Below are positions 1 to 11,099 of a DNA stretch of 64,000 bases, piece after piece (position 1 is the first letter of the stretch; each line of letters opens with the position of its first letter). The notes below the pieces were generated by a model that saw nothing but the letters and a program-made list of their open reading frames with translations, was not told the origin of the DNA and ran no database searches. The stretch covers positions 168,766,001-168,830,000 of the forward strand of contig NC_058368.1 in NCBI RefSeq assembly GCF_018350175.1, read 5' to 3'. The stretch comes from Felis catus (lineage: Eukaryota). The translations under genes were made by a program, and so were the position numbers.

Positions 1-2239
1 CATTGTTAGTGTATAAGAATGCAACTGATTTCTGTACATTGATTTTGTATCCTGCAACTTTGCTGAATTCCTGTATCAGTTCTAGCAGACTTTTGGTGGA
101 GTCTATCAGATTTTCCATGTATAATATCATGTCATCTGCAAAAAGCGAAAGCTTGACTTCATCTTTGCCAATTTTGATGCCTTTGATTTCCTTTTGTTGT
201 CTGATTGCTGATGCTAGAACTTCCAGCACTATGTTAAACAGCAGCGGTGAGAGTGGGCATCCTTGTCGTGTTCCTGATCTCAGGGAAAAAGCTCTCAGTT
301 TTTCCCCATTGAAGATGATGTTAGCTGTGGGCTTTTCATAAATGGCTTTTATGATCTTTAAGTATGTTCCTTCTATCCCGACTTTCTCAAGGGTTTTTAT
401 TAAGAAAGGATGCTGGATTTTGTCAAAGGCCTTTTCTGCATCGATTGACAGGATCATATGGTTCTTATCTTTTTTTTTTTGTTAATGTGATGTATCACGT
501 TGATTAATTTGTGAATGTTGAACCAGCCCTGCATCCCAGGAATGAATCCCACTTGATCATGGTGAATAATTCTTTTTATATGCCGTTGAATTCGATTTGC
601 TAGTATCTTATTGAGAATTTTTGCATCCATATTCATCAGGGATATTGGCCTGTAGTTCTCTTTTTTGACTGGGTCTCTGTCTGGTTTAGGAATCAAAGTA
701 ATACTGGGTTCATAGAATGAGTCTGGAAGTTTTCCTTCCCTTTCTATTTCTTGGAATAGCTTGAGAAGGATAGGTATTATCTCTGCTTTAAACGTCTGGT
801 AGAACTCCCCTGGGAAGCCATCTGGTCCTGGACTCTTATTTGTTGGGAGATTTTTGATAACCGATTCAATTTCTTCGCTGGTTATGGGTCTGTTCAAGCT
901 TTCTATTTCCTCCTGATTGAGTTTTGGAAGAGTGTGGGTGTTCAGGAATTTGTCCATTTCTTCCAGGTTGTCCAATTTGTTGGCATATAATTTTTCATAG
1001 TATTCCCTGATAATTGTTTGTATCTCTGAGGGATTGGTTGTAATAATTCCATTTTCATTCATGATTTTATCTGTTTGGGTCATCTCCCTTTTCTTTTTGA
1101 GAAGCCTGGCTAGAGGTTTGTCAATTTTGTTTCTTTTTTCAAAAAACCAACTCTTGGTTTCGTTGATCTGCTCTACAGTTTTTTTAGATTCTATATTGTT
1201 TATTTCTGCTCTGATCTTTATTATTTCTCTTCTTCTGCTGGGTTTGCGGTGTCTTTGCTGTTCTGCTTCTATTTCCTTTAGGTGTGCTGTTAGGTTTTGT
1301 ATTTGGGATTTTTCTTGTTTCTTGAGATAGGCCTGGATTGCAATGTATTTTCCTCTCAGGACTGCCTTCGCTGCGTCCCAAAGCATTTGGATTGTTGTAT
1401 TTTCATTTTCGTTTGTTTCCATATATTTTTTAATTTCTTCTCTAATTGCCTGGTTGACCCACTCATTCGTTAGTAGGGTGTTCTTTAACCTCCATGCTTT
1501 TGGAGGTTTTCCAGACTTTTTTCTGTGGTTGATTTCAAGCTTCATAGCATTGTGGTCTGAAAGTATGCATGGTATAATTTCAATTCCTGTAAACTTATGA
1601 AGGGCTGTTTTGTGACCCAGTATATGATCTATCTTGGAGAATGTTCCATGTGCACTCGAGAAGAAAGTATAGTCTGTTGCTTTGGGATGTAGAGTTCTAA
1701 ATATATCTGTCAAGTCCATCTGATCCAATGTCTCATTCAGGGCCCTTGTTTCTTTATTGACCATGTGTCTAGATGATCTATCCATTTCTGTAAGTGGGGT
1801 GTTAAAGTCCCCTGCAATTACCACATTCTTATCAATAAGGTTGCTTATGTTTATGAGTAATTGTTTTATATATTTGGGGGCTCCGGTATTCGGCGCATAG
1901 ACATTTATAATTGTTAGCTCTTCCTGATGGATAGACCCTGTAACTATTATATAATGTCCTTCTTCATCTCTTGTTACAGCCTTTAATTTAAAGTCTAGTT
2001 TGTCTGATATAAGTATGGCTACTCCAGCTTTCTTTTGGCTTCCAGTCGCATGATAAATAGTTCTCCATCCCCTCACTCTCAATCTAAAGGTGTCCTCAGG
2101 TCTAAAATGAGTCTCTTGTAGACAGCAAATAGATGGGTCTTGTTTTTTTTATCCATTCTGATACCCTATGTCTTTTGGTTGGCGCATTTAATCCATTTAC
2201 ATTCAGTGTTATTATAGAAAGATACGGGTTTAGAGTCCT
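1..2239 (-). pseudogene. L1 ORF2p (endonuclease + reverse transcriptase), disrupted, partial
   Basis: TLNVNGLN, GDFNTPL, SDHNA, PGPDGF and an intact FADD (~131-142). Start codon reads AGG (2239-2237) where the second L1 has ATG. Frameshifts in T runs at ~2143-2150 and ~470-480. Confidence 0.92.
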
Positions 2240-2289
2240 TGTGATGTCTGTATGTTTTATGCTTGTAGTGATATCTCTGGGACTTTGTC

Positions 2290-3183
2290 TCACAGGGTCC
2301 CCCTTAGGATCTCTTGTAGGGCTGGTTTAGTGGTGACAAATTCCTTCAGTTTTTGTTTGTTTGGGAAAACCTTTATCTCTCCTTCTATTCTAAATGACAG
2401 ACTTGCTGGATAAAGGATTCTTGGCTGCATATTTTTTCTGTCTAGCACCCTGAAAATCTCGTGCCAGTTCTTTCTGGCCTGCCAAGTTTCAAAAGAGAGA
2501 TCAGTCACGAGTCTTATAGGTCTCCCTTTATATGTGAGGGCACGTTTACCCCTTGCTGCTTTCAGAATTTTCTCTTTATCCTTGTATTTTGCCAGTTTCA
2601 CTATGATATGTCGTGCAGAAGATCGATTCAAGTTACGTCTGAAGGGAGTTCTCTGTGCCTCCTGGATTTCAATGCCTTTTTCTTTCCCCAGTTCAGGGAA
2701 GTTCTCAGCTATGATTTCTTCAAGTACCCCTTCAGCACCTTTCCCTCTCTCTTCCTCCTCTGGGATACCAATTATGCGTATATTATTTCTTTTTAGTGTA
2801 TCACTTAGTTCTCTAATTTTCCCCTCATACTCCTGGATTTTTTTATCTCTCTTTTTCTCAGCTTCCTCTTTTTCCATAACTTTATCCTCTAGTTCACCTA
2901 TTCTCTCCTCTGCCTCTTCAAGCTGAGCTGTGGTGGTTTCCATTTTGTTATGCATTCCGTTTAAAGCGTTTTTCAGCTCCTCGTGACTGTTCCTTAGTCC
3001 CTTGATCTCTGTAGCAAGAGATTCTTTGCTGTCCTGTATACTGTTTTCAAGCCCAGCGATTAATTTTATGACTATTATTCTAAATTCACTTTCTGTTATA
3101 TTATTTAAATCCTTTTTGATCAGCTCATTAGCTGTTGTTATTTCCTGGAGATTCTTCTGAGGGGAATTCTTCCGCTTGGTCAT
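2290..3183 (-). CDS. L1 ORF1p (RNA-binding/chaperone), 297 aa, open frame
   Basis: ATG at 3183 (MTKRKNSPQ...), coiled coil, RRM-like NNIRIIGIPE, C-terminal YPASLSF...ALQEILRGTL*; no internal stops. Confidence 0.92.
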   Translation of the reverse strand: MTKRKNSPQKNLQEITTANELIKKDLNNITESEFRIIVIKLIAGLENSIQDSKESLATEIKGLRNSHEELKNALNGMHNKMETTTAQLEEAEERIGELEDKVMEKEEAEKKRDKKIQEYEGKIRELSDTLKRNNIRIIGIPEEEERGKGAEGVLEEIIAENFPELGKEKGIEIQEAQRTPFRRNLNRSSARHIIVKLAKYKDKEKILKAARGKRALTYKGRPIRLVTDLSFETWQARKNWHEIFRVLDRKNMQPRILYPASLSFRIEGEIKVFPNKQKLKEFVTTKPALQEILRGTL

Positions 3184-4088
3184 TTTGGATAGTCCCTGGC
3201 GTGGTGAGGACCTGCAGGGCACTTCCCCTGTGCTGTGGTGTATAACTGGAGTTGGTGGGCGGGGCCGCAGTCAGACCTGATGTCTGCCCCCAGCCCACCG
3301 CTGGGGCCACAGTCAGACTGGTGTGTGCCTTCTCTTCCCCTCTCCTAGGGGTGGGATTCACTGTGGGGTGGTGTGGCCCGTCTGGGCTACTTGCACCCTG
3401 CCAGGCTTGTGATGCTCGGAATCTGGCGTATTAGCTGGGGTGGGTAGGCAAGGTGCACGGGGCAGGAGGGGCAGGCTTAGATCGCTTCTCCTTAGGTGAT
3501 CCACTTCAGGAGGGGCCCTGTGGCAGCGGGAGGGCATCAGATCCGCTGCCGGAGGTTTGGCTCCGCAGAAGCACAGAGTTGGGTGTTTGCGCGGAGCGAG
3601 CAAGTTCCCTGGCAGGAACTGGTTCTCTTTGGGATTTTGGCTGGGGGATGGGCGGGGGAGATGGCGCTGGCGAGCGCCTTTGTTCCCCAGGAAACTGAGC
3701 TCTGTTGTCAGGGGCTCAGCAGCTCTCCCTCCCTTTGTCCTCCAGCCTGTCCGCTTTCTGAGCAGAGCTGTTAACTTATGACCTCCCAGACGCTAAGTCG
3801 CGCTTGCTGTGGGAACACACTCCGTCAGGTCCCTCCGCTTTTGCCAGCCAGACTCGGGGGCTCTGCTTGGCCAGCGAGCCGCCCCTCCGCCCCGGCTCCC
3901 TCCCGCCAGTCCGTGGAGCGCGCACCGCCTCGCCGCCCTTCCTACCCTCTTCCGTGGGCCTCTCGTCTGCGTTTGGCTCCGGCGACTCTGTTCTGCTAAT
4001 CCTCTGGCGGTTTTCTGGGTTATTTAGGCAGGTGTAGGTGGAATCTAAGTGATCAGCAGGACGTGCGGTGAGCCCAGCGTCCTCCTAA

Positions 4089-4100
4089 GCCGCCATCTTG
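4089..4100 (-). promoter_or_regulatory. YY1 motif of the L1 internal promoter
   Basis: CAAGATGGCGGC on the minus strand about 10 nt from the L1 5' end matches the YY1 consensus. Confidence 0.8.
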
Positions 4101-4329
4101 CAAACCTCCAAGTTTTCTATTTTTAACATGCCTACCAGAAGTCATCACCCTGTAACATAGTTCTTAAATATGCAAAAATAATGCTTAGTTATTGGTATCA
4201 TAATGAATTCTTTGTTATATCATGATGACCATTCATATGCACGAATAAGACATGCTTAAAGTGAACTTCATTAGTATGGACTCACTTAGAATTTGATAAT
4301 TTCATTCAGTAATTGGACTGATAATCTCA

Positions 4330-5360
4330 AATGTAACTGCTCAAAATGTGCCACTTTCATAGGTTTCCACTTCTTAGTAAATGGTATCACCTGTAATCAG
4401 CTGCTCAAACCAAAATCTTGGAATCACCTTTGTGTTCACTTTTTCTCAAATCTCACATCCACTCCATCAGCAAGTTCTCTTGCTGCCACCTCCAAAATAA
4501 AACCCAAATCCCACCTCCTGTTAGTGTCTCCACTGTGATCATCCTAATAAAAAACAGCATAAATTGTGGCCTGGACTACCTGCTAACGGTTCCCTTGCCC
4601 TTCCTCCATTTTCTTTTCCATATAGTAACTAGAGTCATCTCAATGTGATCTTATCTATCTCCTGCTTACGACCCTCTAGTGGCTTCCCTTGGTAACTAAC
4701 ATAGAATTCGAATTTCTTATCATCGCCTAAACTGTGTGTTCTGGTCCCTACCTGTCTCCTTCCGGTATAGCCTGCCTCCATCTCATCTCCCACATTGTAG
4801 CCTTTCTGACCATGTTGCCCCTCACTTGCCAAACTTCTTCTCATCTCAGGGCCTTTCTGTTTTCTCTCTCTTTAATATTCTTTCACTAGTTTTTCATATG
4901 ACTGGCTGTCTTCTTTCCATCATTTCACCTTAAATATCATTCCTTCGAGATATCTCTCACTGCTGTAGCTCTAACGGGCTCTGTTCTTATCTGCCTAACC
5001 CTGCCATCAATATTTATCCTATTGCCCCTTTTCACTTCTTACGTAGCACTTACTTCTAGTGTCTTTACTCCTCCTCCTCCTATTTTGTTGGCTAACATTT
5101 ACTATATAGTAGGATTCTTCTAAGCGTTTCTATGCATCAATTACTTTAATATGTGCATTTATATGTAGTAACTCATTTACTCATGGTGTTTGTTTATGTG
5201 TGTATGTTTTTAGTATCTATTTTCTTCCCCTATAAGCCCTGCCAGCTTCCCAAACCATAGCTCCAACAAGACAGGCATTTTAATTTTGTTTACTGCTATT
5301 TCCTTAGCTTTGTGCAGTACTTGGCACATAGAACAGGGTCTGTAAATATTTTTTGAGTAC
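4330..5360 (+). mobile_element. Ancient L2 3' fragment
   Basis: Degenerate L2-like text (cacatccactccatcagcaagt...; cagtacttggcacatag...taaatattttttgagt). Boundaries approximate. Confidence 0.6.
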
Positions 5361-5688
5361 TGGCAAGCTCTTAGAACCCATAATAACAAATAGAGTCATC
5401 AGATATTAAAATAATCTCCCAGGGGAAAGAGAACATTTTCTAAGGAAGAAATCATGCCTGGCTGATTGTTCTTAGAGTTCTTGTATATGAAGATAATAGG
5501 GCATAAAGTTAGGTTTTAGAAAAGACTTTGACAATGCTCTTTACCAGAGATGACTAGTAAGTCACCATTGGATGGGAAATATGCTGACCCCAAGAAAAGG
5601 GTCAGAAATCAAAGTGTAAGAGTAAATTTATATTTAGTTAAGTGGAAAAATTAAAGATCAAGGTGTCTCAGCATTGAATAACCACATC

Positions 5689-6107
5689 TATTATGGGTTG
5701 AATTGTGTCCTGCAAAAAGAGATGTTAAAATCCTAATACCCAGTACTTGTAAATATGACAGGACTTATAGATGTAATGAAGTTAAGATGAGGTCATCAGA
5801 GTAGTCTGTAATCCAGTACAACTGGTGTCTCAATAAGAGAAGAGAGACTGACCTACAGGGAATAAAAGCCATGTAAAGACAGAGGCAGAGATTGGAGTTA
5901 TGCTGCCATAAGCAAAGGGTTGCCTGCAGCTACCAGAAGCTATGAGATACAAGGAGGGATCCTCCCCCAGAAAGTTTGGAGGGAGCATGGTTCCTGATGA
6001 CACTTGGATTTCAGACACTGGGCTCTAGATCTGTGAGAAAATAAATTTCTGTTGTCTTAAGCCCAGTTTATGGTACTTCGTTATAGCAGCCCTAGGACAT
6101 TGATACA
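5689..6107 (+). mobile_element. MLT1-family (ERVL-MaLR) solo LTR
   Basis: Starts tattatgggttgaattgtgtcc, has aataaatttctgttg, ends gcagccctaggacattgataca; perfect 5-bp TSD ACATC (5684-5688 and 6108-6112). Confidence 0.88.
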
Positions 6108-6708
6108 ACATCCACTGTGTTTGTTATCTTTATAAGTGATCTGGAAGATTGCCTGGTGAGGTATCTAGATGACATTAAATTTTTCTATTCTGAAAAGCAA
6201 AACTAATGGGTATTAGATGATCATAGGAGACATACCTGAGTTAGCTTTTCTCTGGGCTAGACCAAGAAGCAAGAAATCTAGCTACCATAGATTTTATATT
6301 CCTTGAGTGTAAACATCAGTTCTGATTTTTTTTTTATCTACAAGATTGTTTCTAGATTTAAATTTTGTTATTTTTATGAGCCTGTGAATTTATGTGGCAG
6401 GTACCTAGTAAATGCTAAATGAATATTGAAAGAGTAAATGAATCAGACCAAACAGGAAATAAGAGATAAAGGTAGGAAAATATAAGTATATAAGTAAGTT
6501 CGTATATGTAAAAATCTGAATTAGGTTTAAAATGATCTAGGGGAAAAATGAGACCAAGGAAAGAATATTGAGCATTGGAATGTATTGTTGAGTGTATCAA
6601 CCCTTTGGCAGAAAGACAAAATTAATGAGTTGCTAATACATCCTTTGAGACTCTTTCTTGGCAATAGAATACTTATGGTGAGGTGGAACAGGGAACTAGC
6701 TTAAATAA

Positions 6709-6975
6709 CATAATATAATGGTTAATTGCATGGATTCTGGAGCAGAGTTGCTTGGGTTTGGATTGTGGGTTAGCCACTTACTGGCCGTGTAACCATGGCA
6801 AGTCTGTGCCACCAAGCTTTCTGTGCCTCAGTTTTCTCATCTGTAAACTGGGGCTTGTAATAGAACCTGTCACATAGGATAATTGTACGTGATTAAGTGA
6901 GATAATCCACCTAAAATGTTTAGAACAATGTCTGGCTCATAAGAAGCTCTCTATCCCATGTTATCTATTATTATT
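6709..6975 (+). mobile_element. MIR SINE relic
   Basis: MIR core ctgtgcctcagttttctcatctgtaaa followed by gattaagtgagataat...tagaacaatgtctggc. Confidence 0.75.
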
Positions 6976-7598
6976 TGTTAAATGCAACATTTTAGAGAAT
7001 TCTCAGAATATAAAATACAACTTTCCCCTGATGGACATGATTGAAAGGTGAATTGTTATGAACAACAAAATCAAAATGTGGGTATATTTAAAATAGAAAA
7101 ATAGAGTAAATTATACAAAGAGGTAAATTTTATTCTTTTTATTTATTTTTAAATTACATTGGCTTAGAAAGGAAGGCTAAGGACTTAAAGGAGGAGATGT
7201 TATGACAGAGCTGTGAACCCAGGAAAGTTTTACTGAGTAAGACTTTGTATAGTAGGTTTTTCTTGCTTTTCCTTTTTTTCTTACTTAAGAAATAATTAAT
7301 TAAAAAGCCCCGGATTAAGAAGAGCTTTGTAGCACAGCTGTTTGCACAGTGTTGTTTTAAGAAGTGCTTAAAAATTTGGTTTATTTTCAGAGATCTCAAG
7401 ATCCAAGTTCCTGAAGCAGAAAGACTTATTCAGGTTGTATAGGAAGGAAACTGCTTATTAAAAAAAAAATTGGAAAATAGATCTGTTTCTTAAATAATAG
7501 ATCTTAACGCATGAGGATTTTCTCTTCATTGCTGGATAAACAGTAACAGTTGTCGGATGTATCCATTCCTCTTGTTCAGAACTGAGGGGTATACTTCC

Positions 7599-7617
7599 AT
7601 GCCAACAGGGGGAGGTA
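7599..7617 (+). promoter_or_regulatory. CTCF/BORIS-like motif in the putative FerT intronic promoter
   Basis: ATGCCAACAGGGGGAGGTA resembles the consensus TGGCCACCAGGGGGCGCTA; about 120 bp upstream of the FerT ATG. Confidence 0.5.
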
Positions 7618-7737
7618 GTATCAAATAGGAGATCCAGATTTATGTCTCTTCTATCTTGCATTTGGCTCTGACAGGAAGGTCTGTGGACAAATTGATTTCT
7701 GTGGGCCCACCATCAGCAGCTCTTGCTAAGATTTGAG

Positions 7738-7875
7738 ATGGAGAAGAAAAATACATGTGTGTATTGTGAGAATAGGCTGGAGCCTGGTTGTGTCTCCGAG
7801 TCCTGTAAAAATTGTGCTTTAAGGCACAGCTTTGAGAGTTCCTCTCCTTCCACATCAGAAGCCAAAAGAGATCAG
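7738..7875 (+). CDS. FER: FerT (testis-specific FER isoform) unique first coding exon, 46 aa MEKKNTCVYCENRLEPGCVSESCKNCALRHSFESSSPSTSEAKRDQ
   Basis: Strong Kozak GAGATGG, in-frame upstream TGA (7693), phase-0 donor CAG|GTAAGG that joins in frame to the exon at 42921. Resembles the human FerT N-terminus as recalled (MEQKMKCPHC...SCKTCAL...PSTSEVHRDQ). Confidence 0.88.
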
Positions 7876-9825
7876 GTAAGGGGGAAGGCTGTCTCAGGCG
7901 TACTTTAGTCAGGATGCAGAAATCATCTAAGAGTCCAGCGAATCCTTCACTTTAAGCTGCCTCTTCAAATGGGAAGAGTGAGTTTTCTTGATTGCTGAGT
8001 ATGATCGTAGTCAAAATTCTTTCGAAGGAATACTATCACTTGATACCAAACGAGCCCATTAAAAAAGCAAAAGTCACTTGTTTTCTATTTCTCTTTAATT
8101 TTATTTATTTTCTTTATTCACCCCTCACATTTGAGAAAAATATGTGCTTTCTACTATGCCAAAACATGGGACGGGGAAAAAAAAGTGTACCTTTGTGCAA
8201 TATCTGAGGAGAAGCATTATTCAATTTAAACTCTGTGAGGGTATTAAGATTTTTGTTTTCCACATTTCAGTTTTTTTAACAGCTGGTGAGTGCAGTTTTA
8301 CCTTCATATTTTCAGTTTCTGTGAGGAAGCGGATATAATATTTTTCTTGATAAATAATAAAAAATTGGTGACAGTACAAGATGAAGCTTTTCACTATGAC
8401 ATATAACTATATAATTCAATGTTAATTTTATAATCAATTCTTATGGTTGCTTAATTTAGTAACCTGGAACACTAATTTCTTAATATTTTAATGTATAACA
8501 TATAATTCTATGAATAATAGGAATCGAGTCCTATCTTAAAAATATTATGTTAGTAAAGAATTATATTTACACATTATTTTGCAGTTGAAACTTAAATGCC
8601 TACATCCTCCAGATTCCTTAATTAAAAATAGTTTACCCGTATATTTTAGGATGTCATTCTCCCAGATTCACTATGTTAGGAAAAACAAATTCTGGCCTTC
8701 AAATAAGAATGGAAAATGTTAAGAGTACTCAATGATTATATACCTTCATACATTTTTTCCTATATTTATTGAGAGTTGTATAGATATATAATTCTTGTTT
8801 TATTGTCACCAAATTCAACCTTTAAGTTATGATGTTCTAAGTATTAGTGTCCTGTAATCATTGAGTAAGTACTATTCATAAGTTTAAGAGTCACTCCTTA
8901 CATTTGTAAGTTTTGTGTTACCTTGATTTATAGAGTCATAAAAATATTAGAGGATATAGAATCCATTGGTATCATCTGGTCCAATCTGTCATTTTGTATA
9001 TAAAAATGTCTTTGAAGCCTAAGATAATTAGTGACTCACAGCTAGCTAGTGACTTATGTAACTCTAACTTTCTATAGCTTTGAAGGAATGTCTTGCTTCC
9101 TTTTTATTCTTCGTTTCCAGATACTGTGTATATATTTTTTATGACCTTTATTTGATATTTTTGTATATTTATATGTTTATTTTTTATATGTCATTTGTTT
9201 AAAACAATTTTATGCTCTTTATTTCTTGTTTCTGAAATTGTTTTTAATTCTCTTAATTTCTATTCATTTTTCTTTTCTTTGTATTCACCCATAACTCTAA
9301 TAGTTTACCTTTGGTTATTACCCATTTACCTAAATATAATGAGATTACTTATGGTAAATCTCTAAATATACTTTTAAACACTTAAACATTTATTTATCAT
9401 TGTCATTCTGCTTAGTCAGATATTACTACACTCAGACACACACATATTCAGATTCACATGTAATAGCTTATGTGATGATTTGATAATTGATCAAAGGAGG
9501 GTTTTTTATTCTTAAGGAGTCACTAACCTTCCATGGGGATGTTCTGAGATCTTTGGTTTTTACTCTGTGATATTCTTTTATAATGTTTCCAGTGAATCCT
9601 TATCCCCCAAGATGCATACTGACTCACAAGGGCTTATTTTAGGCAGGAGTTTTCCATTTTACTAGGAACTCAAATTCCCCTAGAAATGAGACCTTGTCCA
9701 GGGCTAGTTTGTCTTCCCTTGGTAAACTTTCGCCTCCCCCCACCCCAGCCATGTTGCTGTTGTTAGCCATCCGTTTTCTCCATAAATATTTTAAAATTTA
9801 AAATATTTTAATATTTTAAAAATTA

Positions 9826-10033
9826 TTTTTAAAAATTTTTTAATGTTTTTATTTTTGAGAGACAGCACGAGTGGGGGAGGGGGAGAGAGAGAGAAGGAGA
9901 CACAGAATCTGAATAGGCTCCAGGTTCTGAGCTGCCAGCACAGAGCCCAACGTGGGGCTTGAACTCATGAACCACAAGATCATGACCTGAGCCCAAGTCA
10001 GACACTTAACTGACTGAACCATCCAGGTACTCC
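9826..10033 (-). mobile_element. Can-SINE (SINEC_Fc-like)
   Basis: tRNA-derived head, (AG)n tract and T-rich tail seen on the + strand. Confidence 0.9.
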
Positions 10034-11099
10034 TCCTTTAAATAGTCTTATTAATGTCATACTGATTCTGCATTGTGTATGTCAGATCCATTCTTGACTG
10101 TTTTTTCACTTCCCTAAAGCATCCTCATACAGCTCTTCATCTTCTCAAAAATTTTTATTACATCCCCTGGAATCTTGTTTTATTTGGTAAGCTCACTTCC
10201 CTTTTAAGGGAAGATTATTCATTCTTCCATATTCCATGTAACTCAGCATTCAGAAGTGATCCTTAATGCTGCTGCTGCCTTTTTATTCTTTCACCCTTAT
10301 GTGAAAGCCTCAGTGTTTTAAAGGTTTGTGGAGGTTGGTTGTACTACATTTACTCTTTTTCACTGATGAACTCTTTCACACTTCTGTTCATTTCCTGTTG
10401 GTTATCAAAGAATAAGTACTCTGGTTTACAGTCTCTCTTTTTTTTTTTTTTTACTCTGAGCCATTTGTCATGATTTGATTATTCATGTGGAATACCCATC
10501 CCCGAATTTAGTTTCTATGTTCATCAATCTAAAGATAGCATTGATTGAGGGATAGTAGCTGATAAGCAAGTTTAGGTCAAGGGGCCTGTTGTAAAGACAG
10601 AAGAAAGCTCTTTGATCCTTGTTGTCTCTCTTTAATAACTGACACTAGCTCAGGACTGCTTACTTTACAGACTTCTTGTTTCATAAGAAACATAAAACCT
10701 TATTTGGGAGGTTAATTTTAGACATGCTTTTGCCACATATAGCTGAATTTAATTCTGACCAAAAGAATAAGTAGAATTTTAGTGAAAATAGAAAAATAAA
10801 ACTCAGCATAGTACTGCTGTTTTCATTGTTATTGTTTATTTGTTTATTTGAATGTTTTAGAAGGTACTTGATCATAGGAGCTTATTATAGCACTTTTTTT
10901 TACTAAGGTAGAGGAATTTTACTGCATCAGTAAACATTATTGTAGATTATAATATTTAAAAATCTGGCTACCACATGTTGTCTTTGGTAAATATCTATAT
11001 TTTGAAGGTGTAGAATTCTCCTTCCCCACAGAGCCCTAGTTTCTGGTTAAAATTTTCAGAAGAATAATTGGTCCTGCCAATCAGCACATGCCAGAAGAT

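Larger units (their letters stand above)
1..4109 (-). mobile_element. Young felid LINE-1 with intact 5' end; 3' part runs off the window start
   Basis: CpG-rich 5' UTR (~3184-4109), ORF1, and ORF2 endonuclease/RT frames. The 5' end is followed by AAGTTTTCTATTTTT|AA (4110-4126), an L1 endonuclease TTTT/AA site and probable TSD. Confidence 0.97.

Noticed and set aside
3..2926. Plus-strand ORFs of 85-130 aa (and equivalents at 12570-14594)
   Set aside because: Antisense shadows of L1 ORF1/ORF2, repeated in both L1 copies; not independent genes.
9783..9842. AT-only quasi-palindromic tract
   Set aside because: Low-complexity sequence adjoining a SINE tail; self-complementarity is expected by chance.
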